Positions 12,901-26,028 of a stretch of DNA of 64,000 bases are shown here, one piece after another. The notes below the pieces were generated by a model. The model was not told the DNA's origin. It was given only the letters and a program-made list of their open reading frames with translations, and made no database searches. The stretch is taken from NCBI GenBank assembly GCA_964106915.2, contig OZ066915.1. One strand, 5' to 3'. Made by a program: the position numbers and the translations under genes. Within the stretch, counting starts at the first letter, position 1. Each line of letters opens with the position of its first letter. The DNA comes from Podarcis gaigeae. Its lineage: Eukaryota.

Positions 12901-13492
12901 CTCTCTCTCTCTCTTTCTAAGTAGGGAACAAGTTGGTTACCACTTGTTATGTAACTAGTTCCAAAGGCAGCATCCCAAGGAGGAATTCTAATTGTTTTAT
13001 TTCATAATGTTGGCCTGGCCCCATTCCGACAAATGACATGGCAGTGTGAAAACAAATAAACAAAAAGTTTCAGACTTTTAATTTGGCACGCCTCACAAGA
13101 AATGCCTAAGCAGAAATGATCTCATTCAAAGTTGTGCAAGTTGAAACAGGTCCCCGAAGATAGAGAGGTAATGTTTATATTTGAGGCTGAGCACTTTGAT
13201 TTATTGACACTGGTTACTCCACGCAATGAAGAGGTGTTCCACATGTACAAGCCAATATTTATGTGGAAGTTCAATTCCACCGAGTGTGATGGGATTTATG
13301 GCAACCTTATGGTGCAATCCTGAACTCAATTGCTTTAAGCCCACTGGAGAGAATGGGATGAAGGTTGCAATCCTATATTAACTTATCTGAAAGTAAGTCC
13401 CATTGACCTCAGTGGGGCTTACTTCCGAGTAATGTATAGGATTATACTGTCAAGCACTTGTGCAATATTGCAGCCTTCTATAGCAGATATTT

Positions 13493-13766
13493 NNNNNNNN
13501 NNNNNNNNNNNNNNNNNNNNNNNNNNNNNNNNNNNNNNNNNNNNNNNNNNNNNNNNNNNNNNNNNNNNNNNNNNNNNNNNNNNNNNNNNNNNNNNNNNNN
13601 NNNNNNNNNNNNNNNNNNNNNNNNNNNNNNNNNNNNNNNNNNNNNNNNNNNNNNNNNNNNNNNNNNNNNNNNNNNNNNNNNNNNNNNNNNNNNNNNNNNN
13701 NNNNNNNNNNNNNNNNNNNNNNNNNNNNNNNNNNNNNNNNNNNNNNNNNNNNNNNNNNNNNNNNNN
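13493..13766. other. Assembly gap (274 N) in CXCL14 intron 2
   Basis: Run of N. Confidence 1.
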
Positions 13767-14032
13767 TCATTACATTTATGGGCATTTTAATATTACCCTC
13801 ATAAGCCTTGTCTTCTTTTCTAGCAATTTACAATTAAGCAGATTTACTATATCAGAGACAGATGGAACATTTTCATAACAGTTACCAATTGTGCTGGGTT
13901 TAACATGTTACCATACTGTCATAGGCATTTTCTCCCTCTTTAAAACATTAAAAAGGCAGAAAAACAATCTGATTGATACAAACATATTTATTTTGATAGT
14001 GCCCTTAAAAAAAAAAAAAAGGTGTGACTTAC

Positions 14033-14138
14033 ATGATCATTCTTTCCTTGCAATATGGATACTTTGGCTTCTCTTCCAGCTTTTGTATATCACTGAATCT
14101 TATCTTGGGGCCCTTTCTTGCGCATCTGCATTTTGATC
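14033..14138 (-). CDS. CXCL14: CXCL14 coding exon 2 ([36 protein letters not shown], 106 bp)
   Basis: Acceptor ttttcttctag, donor GTAAGT. CXC motif and KGPKIR..KLE.KPKYP.C match human [29 protein letters not shown]. Phase is consistent with exon 1. Not present in the ORF track; read by hand. Confidence 0.97.
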
Positions 14139-15250
14139 CTAGAAGAAAAAGTATTTACCCATTTGTGTGTATAAAATTCATTTCATATTATACATGTCCT
14201 TATCACTGCTCCCAAACTCTCTTTAATTCACGAGCTATTTAAACATATACAGTATAGAAAAAGTTCATCTTTTCTACAGTTTAATATGAAAGAGCACATA
14301 ACTGTATTTTTTATCTAGGCTAGTTGTAATCCTAAGCAACATATTGCAAAAAACAAAAGTTTTTCACTGAGCAAGATCTTAAGATTGCAACCATTGTATA
14401 TGGTTAAGTGAATTCCCCTGAAGTTAGTAGACTCCCCAACCAATTTATGTAAGTAAGAGCTAATAAGTTGACTAGGACTAATTCACAAGTACGGTAAGTG
14501 TGCACAGGTCTGCAATCTTTTGTATTTGAAGCCATGTGGCGGTCCTGTCTTTTAAAAGTGCACCTGCTGTGATCAAACTTTGTAAAAAATATGCACATTA
14601 AGATAAATAAACAGTCAAGCCACACTATTCAGGTGATGGTTAAATATAACTTTTGCTACTGATTGCTTCTTTTTAAAAAAAATTGGAAAAGGAATATAAA
14701 GACTTCTGAATTCTTTTGGAATTATTTGATATACAAATTGTCAAAGCAGCATCTGAGCTGGGCAAAAATCAGCCCTTCAAATTAAAGGGTGGCCAATTCA
14801 AAACCATTCCCAAGAGCATGGGACCAGTACTTAATGGGCTGCAGAGTTTGGCTGAAACTGTACCGGTCAAAGTTCTAGTTACTTTCCCCAGTGTGCATTA
14901 ATGTGTGTGAATTCACCATTCCAAAGGAGTCCACACCAGATTAAATGCAAAGGGAATATTTCCTGTGATACGCAGCTCAGCTCAGCTAACTTTGGGAAGA
15001 AGCTGGGGTTTCTGCTTTTCTGGTGTTCTTGCTATACAAATCTATAGCTTAAAATATATTTGCTCTGGGATTTTATTTTATTTTTTAGTTCAGGTGTCAG
15101 TTGCTTCTAAGTACATTTCAAAACTATTTCAACAAGCGGTAAAAGTGAAATGTGTGTGCATGAGAGAAAGAGAAAAAGAGAGGGAGGGAGGGAATGAGGG
15201 AGAGAGAAAAGGTGCTGAAATGCATGGTAAGTGAATAACCTGTAACTTAC

Positions 15251-15314
15251 CTTCCACGCTGGTAAAGCAGATTACAATGAACAGTAAGAGGAAAACTGCT
15301 GTCAAGAGCTTCAT
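15251..15314 (-). CDS. CXCL14: CXCL14 coding exon 1 (signal peptide MKLLTAVFLLLFIVICFTSVE-G, 64 bp, ends phase 1)
   Basis: ATG in atcATGa context. Hydrophobic signal peptide resembles vertebrate CXCL14 (human MRLLAAALLLLLLALYTARVDG). Followed by donor G|GTAAGT (plus-strand ACTTAC at 15245-15250). No upstream ATG seen in 15315-15540. Confidence 0.96.
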
Positions 15315-15479
15315 GATAAGAAGACCTGGAGGAGCCTAAAGGTATGCTCTCTTAGATTTCACTTGGATAAACTGCTGTCTTTCCTTTGCCTCTTTGATCA
15401 GACGCACTGGTCAGACTGAGACTTGGTGTTGCCACACTATAGATTGCAATGTGAATGAATGCCTATGATCTGCTCTCTC

Positions 15480-15720
15480 CTGGTTGCTGCTGCTGCTGCT
15501 ATTGCAGCCCTGTCGGTTTCAGCTGCTGTCTGTCTGCGCTCTGCCGCTTCCCTCCTCTTTTAAAACAGCTCCCGCTGCCCTTTCCTCAAACTCATTAATA
15601 TGCAGAGAGACTAAATTACTTTCAGCAATTTCGCAACCCCAAAAAAGGGGGAGGGACTTACAGGGAACGAAAATAACTGATTCTGCTGAAGGCACCGAGT
15701 ATTTTAGAGGATAACATACA
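15480..15720 (-). promoter_or_regulatory. Probable CXCL14 core promoter / 5' UTR start
   Basis: On the minus strand: TGCATATTAATGAG (15591-15604), then TTTTAAAAG (TATA-like, ~15557-15565), then a purine-rich and CAG-rich leader about 250 bp before the ATG. Confidence 0.6.
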
Positions 15721-16435
15721 CTGCAGAGAAGGAGAAGATGAGGAGGAGGGGGGGGATTGAGAAAGAGGTGGCTTTTAACTCTCTGCCCCTTTGGGTCTTT
15801 GAGGTGGCAAGGCTGCCCTTTTTTAACAAGGTGGCGTTGCAGTTGGTTCTATGATGCTAGATGGACCCATAGAATATGTCTCTTTCCCTCCTTCAGAAAA
15901 CCACATTTTAAAAATGTGCAGAAGCAGTGAAAGAGCTACAAGAACTTCAAGATAAGAATTTGTTAGATCACCGCCATACATTGTAATGCTGTGATCTGAG
16001 CTGGGAGCAGGTCATTGATATGCAATAAGTAAGGTAGCCCAGTGACCTTGGGGGCTAGGATGTTGCATGACAGGTGGCTTTTGACAGATCTGAACGTTTT
16101 GAAGAATTGCTTCTATAGGATTTCATCCTTAATCGTAGAACACAAAGACTATCCTTCATTTTGCAATAGCTTCAATCCTTTGGGTGACATGGAAGATTCA
16201 TCACACATCAGCTGTGTTTTGTAGTTTCAATGTTTTGATATGGCAACCCACCCAATTCCTACCAAATGTCTTGGGAAACGGGAAGTATGCTTATAGAAAC
16301 AATGGGTGAAATCCAATCCTGCTGCCCCATTTGTGGAAAGGCTGTTGACCAAGTCCCCTTCTCTTTATAACCCCTGTGCCACCTGTCACACTGTGTTGGA
16401 GGGTCTCTAACTCTCTGGGGCTGATTTTCAGGGAG

Positions 16436-17672
16436 TGCAGAACCCAAAGAGTGCTCACTAATGGTTCCTCATCATCCTGAAAAAAGTGACAAGTAGAGTG
16501 CCACAGAGTAGTGTCCTGGGCCTGTTGTTGTTCAACATCTTTATAAATGACTTGGATGAAAGTACAGTGGTACCTTGGGTTACAGACGCTTCAGGTTACA
16601 GATGCTTCATGTTACAGACTCCGCTAACCCAGAAATAGTACCTCAGGTTAAGAACTTTGCTTCAGGATGAGAACAGAAATCGTGCTCCCACGGCAGCGGG
16701 AGGCCCCATTAGCTAAAGTGGTACCTTAGGTTAAGAATGGTTTCAGGTTAAGAACGGACCTTCGAAATGAATTAAGTTCCTAACCTGAGGTACCACCATA
16801 CTGAGGGGGTACTCATCTAATTTGCAGATAACACCAAACTGGGTAGGCTAGCCAATATCACAGAAGACAGAATCAGGACTCAAGATGACCTTAACAAATT
16901 GGAGAACTGGGACAAAACTAACAAAATAAATTTCAGTAGGGACAGATGTAATGCAGGAAGAACCAGCTGGACAAATATAAGATGGTGGACACCTGGCTTG
17001 CCAGGAATACATGTGAAAAAGTTCTAGGAGTCTTAGTAGACCGCAACCTTAACAAGAGTCAACAGTGTGATGCAGCAGCAAAAAATAATTTAAAAAGGTT
17101 GATGCTATCCTAGACTGCAGCAACAGATTTATGGTGTCCAGGACAAGGGAAGCAATCCACTCTCTTCTGTACTGTGTCCAGTTCTGGGTGTCATCATTTA
17201 AGAAGAATGTTGACAAGCTGGAATGTGTGCAGAGGAGGGTGACCAAGATGATAAAGTGTTGGGGAAGCAAGCCATATGAGGAGCTGTTGAGAGAGTTGGA
17301 TATGTTTAGCCTCATAAAGAGGAGACTGAGAGGAGATATGGTAACCATCTTCAAATATCTAAAGGGTTGTCACATGGAAGATGGAGCAAGCTTGGTTTGT
17401 CCTGCACTGAGGGTAGGACCCAAACTGATGGACTCCAGTTACAAGAAAGGAGATTCCGACTAAACATCAGGAAGAACTTTCAGATGGTAAGAGCTGTTCA
17501 GCAGTGGAACCGTCTCCCTTGGGAGATGGTGGACTCTCCTTCCTTGGAGGTTTTCAAGCAGAGGTTGGATGGCCACCTGTCACGGCTGCCTTAGTTGAAA
17601 TTCTTGCCTTTCAGGGAGTTGAACTAGATGACCCTCAGGGTCCCTTCCTACCCACACATTTCTATGATTCTA
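16436..17672 (+). mobile_element. CR1 LINE 3' fragment (degraded RT region plus 3' UTR), interrupted by a MITE
   Basis: Degraded RT core (LFNIFINDLD..FADNTKL); ORF segments YCVQFW..VDKLECVQRRVTKMI..LRGDM and FRLNIRKNF..AVQQWNRLP; 3' end gtcccttcc..ttctatgattcta. Confidence 0.9.
16565..16798 (-). mobile_element. Tc1/mariner MITE family B inserted in CR1
   Basis: TA-flanked; reverse orientation of the 4572-4813 element. CR1 sequence resumes on both sides. Confidence 0.85.
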
Positions 17673-17927
17673 TTACTCTTCCAATAGTGGATGCTTCTGC
17701 CAAATCTAAATCCCTTCCATAAGTGAAAGGGCACTGATGGGATTCCCTTAAATGGTTGCTTTCAGATTTGCCATAAATTAACTTTGAATTAATTAACTTT
17801 TCTCTTGGAAGTGTGGCTTTAGGCCTCGGCGTGGGACTTTTTCTGGTTTCAAGATTTATTTGGTTCTCGTTAGCTTCTCTTTCCTTAATTATTCTGGAAC
17901 TAGTGATGCAGCTTCTTGAGATTTAAT

Positions 17928-18135
17928 AGGGAAGGGAAGGGCCCTTTCTTGGTAGAGCACCTGCTTGTCATTCAGAAAGTCTTAGGTGCAAGACAATCCC
18001 TTGCATCTCCAGGGCTGGAATACCCCCTTGCCCTGAAACCCTGGAGAGTCACTCCCAGTTAGTGTAGACAGTGCTGAGCTAGAAACTAACTGCTTGGTAG
18101 ACCAACAGTCTGACTATCTATTGACACAGTTTTCT
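17928..18135 (+). mobile_element. tRNA-derived SINE (Squam2-like), degraded
   Basis: ggtagagcacctgcttg..cagaaag..catctccagggctgg..ctgaaaccctggagag..gtgtagacagtgctgagctaga. Confidence 0.65.
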
Positions 18136-18280
18136 GTGTACCTGTATCAATACGAGACCCAGTTCACATATCTATTCAGAGTCCTGGCATTGGCTAGGAA
18201 GGCTTGCACAATCACAACCAGGCTACGCAGTGAAGCGACTCCTTGCGTGACTCCGGCTATTTTAGCATTGTGCTGCCAAG

Positions 18281-18326
<46 letters not shown>
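18281..18326. repeat. (AT)n(GT)n microsatellite
   Basis: Direct reading. Confidence 0.95.
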
Positions 18327-19899
18327 CACATGGGTGGCAGTTTGTAGAGCAGCACAAACGCAACAGCCATTGCACCACCAACTGCATGAGTAAATCAAGC
18401 TTGAATGAAACACCCTGCAATAACTGACTGCTATTCAAATGAAATATATTTGAGCACATTGTTGGTGGGGAGCAACAAAACACGCCCCCAGCCTTTTAAT
18501 GTCTTTTAATGAATGTATCTCTTTGTCCCTGACATCTTATAGACTTGCAAGTGCAGACACACACACACCAACAGTGTAACGTAGGTATCGTCCTTGCTAT
18601 CTCCCGCATTTCCTCATCTTCTACACTTCCGATTTCAAAGGATCTCATTGTTCCAGAGCGCAGCCTTGATCTCATTTTGTAGAATGCTGAATTATATGCC
18701 CTGTTTTCACCCTCGGTTGCAATCCGTGGAGCTAAAGGGGTGATATTTTCATATTTCGATAAAGCAGGCCTTTATGGGAAGCGATGATCCTGGTCTCTGT
18801 TAGTAAATGCAGAACCTGGAAGGAGGAGGTGTGGTGGTGATCGGTCCCCTATTAGTTAACAAATGCATATCCAGCAAAACCAAACCAGAAGAATGACCCA
18901 AGTCCTTGTAAATTTGTTCCATTAATATGATTTCTCCCCCCTTGCGTTGAGCTTGCATCCGGTCTTGTTTCCAAAGTCTGGGTGTTGGCAGGTTAAGCAG
19001 TACATGCATACCACACGCACAGTGAATATGCTGAACAATGCATCCGTTTCTCCCCCTCCTCCAGCATGTTATATACCATTCATGTGAGACGTGCTGCTGA
19101 CATGCTTGGAACATCCTGAATATCCTTGAGGCTTTGCTAATGAAAATCTATGTGTTTGTTTCCTTCCCAAGACGTGCTTCTTGTGTACCATCAAATGCTT
19201 GTGTGTGCGTGTGTATATGTGTGCCACACAGGAACAAGCGCTCGCAAGTTGCAGGATATGGCAGTAAACATGCCAAATGAGAAACATCCGATGAGCTGCT
19301 CTACTGAAGCTCACCTACTTAAATAGCTTTTATTTTTAAAGTCCTTTTATTGCCACTATTATTATTTTTTTAAAAAAAACACACCAAACCAAACCAAAAG
19401 AGGGTCATGAAAAGCTCTAAGCTAGTAGCCCTAGAAGATTTTAAGGTAGTTGCTTGGGAGAGAAGTAATGCAAAAATCCATAAAGCAGTTGTTGTTTTTT
19501 TAAGCTAATTGGGATAAGGGTTTAGGGTGTGAAGTGAGAGCAGATGAATCTACTGTGTGTATCTTTCCCCACATTTCACTGGGGCTTTGAGGAGAGAAAC
19601 TGGGTTATGGGTCATTGCGGTGCTTATTATAAACCACAGATTAGCACCAGTGGATTGGGTTCAGAGATGCATGGGCAGAACAATGCATGTGTAGGGGGCA
19701 TTTCCTGGCTCTACGCCCCACCAAAATTCCCGAGGTTTGAGAGACCCTCTGGGAAAGTCTGGGGTGGGGCATGGAGGGCCAGAGTGGGACAAGGAAATCT
19801 TCAGAGTTCAGGGAGGCAGCCATGAGCAAGTAGAAGTGCCTTTGGATCACCTGTGGAGCCAAGTTCACATGTTTGCCTTTAGCACTCAACACCCACAGC

Positions 19900-20040
19900 A
19901 TACATTTCAAGCACATGGCTTCCCCCAAAGAATCCTGGGAACTGTAGTTTATCCCCTCACGGAGCTGCAATTCTCAACACCCTTAACAATCTACAGTTCC
20001 TATGATTCTTTGGGGAAGCCGTATGCTTGAAATGTATTTG
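19900..20040. mobile_element. Palindromic MITE-like lizard repeat (same family as 1-590 and ~31290-31410)
   Basis: Inverted arms acatttcaagcacatggcttcccccaaagaatc / gattctttggggaagccgtatgcttgaaatgt. Confidence 0.65.
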
Positions 20041-20610
20041 TGCAGGTGACCCTAACGGAAACAAGAAATAGCCCTTTAGAAGGAAGCTTTCAAAGTAAGC
20101 ACCATTTGTATTTATTTTTTAAATCCTTTTTTCCTTGAGAGTTCAAGATAACTTTTTAAATATCATGATAAATCTCCAATTGGATAAGTTTTTAACATTG
20201 GGGATCACACACCTCCTTGTTTCTGTATTGCAGTATAGCTGGAAATATGGTTTGCTCTGACTTCAAAGAGCCATATCAGGCCTCTGCCAGACTGCTTTCT
20301 TCCAGGTGATATATCTGCTACAGATCATGCCAACCTTCCCCAGTTATTAAATCCATTTATATCTCACCTCTTTATGAAGGATCAAGGTAACATACAGTAA
20401 TGAAAATCATAGGCAATGGAAAGTCATGGAAAACCATTAAAAAACCAACAAAGCTGTAAAAAAGCACACACTAGGAATAAAATAGAATGTTCACTAAAAG
20501 CAGAAGCACCCCAACTCCTGCAAAAGCCTGCTAAACACATGGGACTTTTCATATCTTTCTGAAGATCAGTCCAAAAAGGAACTGATACACTTGCTTTGGC
20601 AACTCAGTCC

Positions 20611-20748
20611 AGAGCTGAAGCTCAGCGGCAGAGCATCTGCTGTGCATGGAGAAGGTCCCATGTGCAATCCTTGGTATCTCCACACAGGGCTGTGGGAGAA
20701 CTCAAGAGATTGGCCAGATGGACCAATCGCGTGACTCGATTTAAAGCA
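20611..20748 (+). mobile_element. tRNA-derived SINE (Squam2-like), internally deleted
   Basis: agctcagcggcagagcatctgctgtgcatggagaaggtccca..caatccttggtatctcca..gatggaccaatc. Confidence 0.65.
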
Positions 20749-23700
20749 TGTGAACCCCACACCATTGCGAATTGAGTAAAAACCCTCCTCCCCAATGCAT
20801 TTTCCTTCACGTGGAGTCTCTCCACCTGCATTCAATGCATGTGTTAAGGGGATTGCATGGATGCAGGGATACACCATGCCTTGGATACCCCCAGCCTGCT
20901 TTTGACACACATGAGAAGATGCTGTACACATACATGTACTAACATATGCACGCAGAGTGCCTCCATTTAGGAATGTGGGTCCTGTTGGCCCATGATCACT
21001 CTTATGTGGAGGAACTCTGCTTATGGGCTCATCTTACATACGCTGAATCCATGGAGGTGGTGAGGTTCAGCTTCTGGTTGCACTGGTGGTGTGGTGAGTC
21101 TGCACAGGGCCCTGCTTCGTGCAAATGTTGGTTTCCCAGATCCTCTCCCTTTTGGATAGGTTTTGTAAGTACTATGTTCATTTCTAACCCAGGAAGCAGA
21201 ACTACGTCTCTCCGCCAGCCCAGTCCTTTTTTCACCTGCTTGATATTGACAGATGTTGGCACCACTTGCTTTTGTTTTGGGGCTGTTGTTCTCACGGATG
21301 AGACCGGACAGTGATTGAGTCGTAGTCTGTATCGCTTACCCTCGGCTGCCACGGTTTTCCCTGGGAAGAAAAGCACCATACAAATTTCAGAATAGATAAA
21401 AAGAAAAATACCCTGTTTGTCTCCCTCATTGAGATGGATGACGGGCCGAACATTTATTCTCATTAAACATTCTTTTCAGCTTTTCTTTTCAGAGTTTGTC
21501 CTCAAGTTTCTTGGCTGCGGCACCCCAGTGGTGAAAATTAAACCACTGAGCAGACGAGACACGGCTTAGCGAATGAATAGAGGCTTGGTGCAATGGGGCA
21601 TGTGACCGAGGGCACTCATTTGAGCCTGCAGAGTGGCTGAAGGCGTTGTTTGGTTCCCAGTCTTACTGGGTTGTGCACTGAGGTGCCGATGGGGAATGCA
21701 AAGCAGGAGCATCCATCATAAGCAACCACAGACCGATTATGATCTGGCAAAAGTGTACACAATAAGCTGATGTCATAATCAAGCTATTTAAAACCAAACC
21801 AAACGTCCGGGGAAGAAAAGAAATGAGGAGAGGGAGAAAGTCCTCTCTCAGTGATGAGGCACATGAAACCCGTATAATTGTGCAAAGATCATAGCTGCCA
21901 TCATCTGTCATCACGGTTTCATTAAAGCTGCATTGCTAAGGGACTTGTTGGCCCCTGCCACTTTGAATCGCCGTACTTGCAGTTTGATGTGAATTTATTG
22001 TGCCTCTAAGTCAATGACGGTGCCTGCCCATGCAAGGAGTAACTAGAAATAACCTTGAGGTATAGGATATTCTTTTAAGAAGACACAACAACAAAGCTCT
22101 TTCAGCCAACACATATGACTTCAGCTTGCTTCAGTTTCACACATTTGCAAAATACATCTCTGGCCATGCTAATACAACCAATGGCTTATCTGTTCTCAAC
22201 CTGCTAAGGGTTTGTGACCCCAGAATGCAGGAAATGCAACATGCCAATATTTAATTTCTTCTTACCAAAATGCTGTCGAGTAGAAAAATCCATTTATTTT
22301 TCTTCTTGTACTTAACTCTCAACCAGTGCCTTCGTTACTATATTACTGTACTTTATACATTTTATCCATTCTACTTAGCAGTGTACCAGCTCTCCTCCCT
22401 TGCTCAATATCTAAAACCACTCTACTTATGAAGAAATTCAGACTTGAATAAAAAGTTATCTGAGCTAGATTTAGACCTTAGAATCCATCCGCACTGTTGT
22501 TTAATGTGGAGAGTGAGCACCCTGTACCTCCATTAATTCTTCATTATCCATATGTCATTGGCCTACAACCACAGCTGTCCCACATCTATGGAAGGGGCAA
22601 ATGTTAGCCACAGTGTTGCTAGTGAGCCTCTGATTTCTTGAAAACCCTGAAAATTGAAACTTGAAAGTTGAAAGCCCTGAAAATTGAGAATTGATGATAC
22701 TTCACATTCCCAGTTTCTTGTGCAGGACAGACAATATCAATCATTTTATGCCTTCTTACGGGTGGTACGCAGGTGGACAAATGGTTCCACAGAAAGCTTT
22801 AACTTCCAGTTTTGAACTTTTAAAAAATAACAATTTGCTGTGTTTTCTAAAGTATGATACTCCATGCACTGCTGGAAAGAGCTCACCTTTTCTCCCAGTA
22901 GTCCTTTTGAGCAGCAGAAGTTTGGTGCATTATGCAAAGCATCCAGCTGTGCTTCATTATCATCACCAAATATTTCCCCTGTAAATGTTTGGGCAAGAAT
23001 GTTCTTGGAGAAGGATTCCCTGCAAAGCTGAACCTTCTACTGCTCCTGAGAACCATGCTGAACTTTGGCACTGTGAGTTCAGGGAGGAGACCTCATCTGC
23101 CCCCCACCTTAAAAAAATAAAATCCCCTACAGTCATTGACAATGTTGGGCAAGTCTGCAGTAACAAACGTTGCAACTGCAAATAGGGGACAGATTGCCTT
23201 GGTGGTGTTTGTGGCCCGACCTGGTATTCCAGAGTGATTGTGGTCCTCTTGGACATATGGGGGCAGCTTAATTTCAGGGACTACTTAGAGCCAGCCATCG
23301 CTACACAGACCATTCTGTCCATTGCTCATCAGATAAGTACAAGATTATAGGAACAAAGGCAGAATACAGGAGAGTATTGACTCACAGGTCCAAATCCAGG
23401 TAACAACAGGGTCATCTTGAAGAACTACACAATATTATTCATGGGGAAGAATGAAGTGTGAAACCAAATAGGGTTCAACATCACCTGGATCTTTTTAGAA
23501 GTACAGAAGAGGAAGAATAACTTTCAACATCTGCTTCAGTTTATGGTGCTTCCGGAACCATGAAAAGACCTTCACCAGCAGGTCATGCTGTGGCTTTCTG
23601 TGCCACACAGATCTGGCTACCGTTAATGCGTGCAGCTACACAGGAGACTGTAATTGTGATAAGCAATGCATGAAGGTTATTCGATTTTGTATTGTACCTG

Positions 23701-25136
23701 GCTTAGAGATTTGTAAAATATTAAGAGGTTTAGAAATGAATGAGTGGATGAACACTGCAATTTGTTTCAGGGTGTATATTTTTGCTTCTTATTTCTCACC
23801 ACTTTAATGTTATATAATCCATCCACATCCTTTGGGTATGGTGAGGCAGATATTAAACTGAACAAATGTATCTTTTTGTAGTTAGAGCCATAGTTATAGC
23901 ACGGTTCACTTTTGTGATGGGATAATTTATCTCCATATAAGCTCTGCGCACATGGCAGATTCTGCCCTTTATAGCTCACATTCACAGGTGTGTGTGTGTT
24001 TTAAAAGGCATATTTTGCTTGAGAGATAGCCTAGATGTTTATGCATGTCCAGTAACCATAGAAATTCAGCTCTCACGGAACAAAGTCATAAAGCAATTCA
24101 CATCAATTACTGTAACTTAGAGTAAGGAAGTACAGATACAAAGAGTTTCATCTCAGGCAAAATAAGCAAAAGTGTGCATGACAAAATAAAGGCCCCCATC
24201 ATTAGGTGCTCTCAGGAGGTTGGAAGCCATGTGGCAGATTCTCAAAGTTTCAAAGTTTCAAAAGTTGCTTGCCAACAGAGCATTACTGTTAAAAATCAAA
24301 AGTATCACACTGTGCCCAAAACTACTTGGAGCCATCAGCGTGTAGAAGAAGGCAGGCAAACTGCAGAGCTACAATTCACGTGAGCTCTGAGTGGTGGCCT
24401 TAAGAGGACAAGTTGCTCCACTACAGACAATTATGTAAAGCAACAACACTGTTTAATTCCCACTGGTCTGACTTATCTTGATTTCCTTATATTGGGTGCA
24501 TTCCACACTTCTTGAATAACTCTGGAAAAAAGTGAAAACAGAGATGCTTCACGGTGTTTCCAAAACATGAGAAGATGAACAACCAGAACTTGCTGAAATG
24601 ACATATTAGATGAATGGGGCTTTCATGCTTGGAATTTACTGTTTCCCATATTGGGGGTTAGAAATATTTCCCCCCCTGGATCCGACTGCTTGGAAACCTT
24701 CCCTTTCCACACAACGACAGAAAACTTGAAATGGCTGGCTGGCTGGGCCCTTGCCCCTTTTCTCTCTCCTAGGGAGGAATTAATAAAGCATGCTTTATTT
24801 GTATAGTGTAACTTTTAAAATGGCATTTTGGAAGTTTCATATTCATTCAGTTGTTCCTCAGAACTTCCTGCATCTGTTTGCCAGCATTGGCTGTTAAAAC
24901 ACAGTTGTCAGTAGAACTGGGATTCTTTGAAAATCATGTTCACACCACATCATATCCCTCCCATGCATCAACAGTGAAACCAAGTTGCACTGAGATTAAT
25001 TTGAAGCATGATTTTACTTTTAAGTGGTCATTGCCTTCATCGTGCTGCCTTGAGAAAAAGCTGTGGAACATCTGCAGCATCTGGGTTGCGGGCATTAGGG
25101 ATGAAATGGGCCGCTATGGACTTGTTGTATGAGCAT

Positions 25137-25300
25137 GTAAGAACATAAGAAGAGCCTGTTGGATCAGGCCAATGGCCTGTCTGGTCCAGCATCCTGTTCT
25201 CGCAATGGCCAACTAGATGCCTGTGGGAAACCAGGGAGCAGAACATGAGGTCAAGATCACACGCCCCTCCCTTGGTTTCCAGCAACTGGTATTTGGAACT
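25137..25300 (-). mobile_element. CR1-type 3' end fragment
   Basis: taagaacataagaagagcctgttggatcaggccaatggcc..tccagcatcctgttct; antisense CR1 terminal repeat. Confidence 0.7.
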
Positions 25301-25693
25301 GCATAGCTGGAGAATGCAGGCTGGCTAACTAATTTCCAGGTTGATCCTTCTCATTTTCCAGCTCTAACATAGAAGGAAAGGGTTCATGGCACGTTTCCTC
25401 ACAAGCTTCTTTCTCACATGTTGCAGTGGATCTTAGGGTTGCCATATTTCAAAAAGTAAACAACAGGACTCCCCGAAAGTTGTTGAGCTTTTCTTTATGA
25501 AAACACACACACAAAAGCATGATTTCCCCCGGGAGAATCTAGATGAATGGCAGCCCTAGTGGATCTCTATACTCATATAGATGCATCGGGAATCCCAGCA
25601 ATGTGTGGGCCTTTTCCCCATGTCCACCCCATTGCTGGCCATTTCACCAGGAAGGCCATAGTTTCATCCTTGCCACTGAAGCTCCAGATTATT

Positions 25694-26028
25694 AAAGGTA
25701 AAGGGACCACTGACCATTAGGTCCAGTCGTGACCGACTCTGGGATTGCGGCGCTCATCTAGCTTTACTGGCCGAGGGAGCTGGCGTACAGCTTCTGGGTC
25801 ATGTGGCCAGCATGACTAAGCCGTTTCTGGTGAACCAGAGCAGTTACCTTCCCGCTGGAGCGGTACCTATTTATCTTCTTGCACTTTGAGGTGCTTTTGA
25901 ACTGCTAGGTTGACAGGAGCTGGGACCAAGCAATGAGAGCTCACCCCATCGCGGGGATTCAAACCGCCGACCTTCTGATTGGCAAGTCCTAGGCTCTGTG
26001 GTTTAACCCACAGCCCCACCCACGTCCC
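25694..26028 (-). mobile_element. Sauria SINE, near full-length
   Basis: aaaggtaaaggg tail, tRNA-like head ..ggattcaaaccgccgaccttc..cacgtccc. About 16-bp TSD gaa(g/a)ctccagatta(t/c)t. Confidence 0.9.

Noticed and set aside
13432-13878. ORFs of 110-148 aa spanning the N run
   Set aside because: Artefacts of translating the assembly gap.
15129-15250. C-terminal part of the 61-aa ORF (KLQVIHLPC..)
   Set aside because: Read-through into intron 1 past a perfect GTAAGT donor.
21029-21463. 144-aa minus-strand ORF
   Set aside because: No recognisable protein similarity or exon structure; overlapping opposite-strand ORFs of similar length suggest chance.
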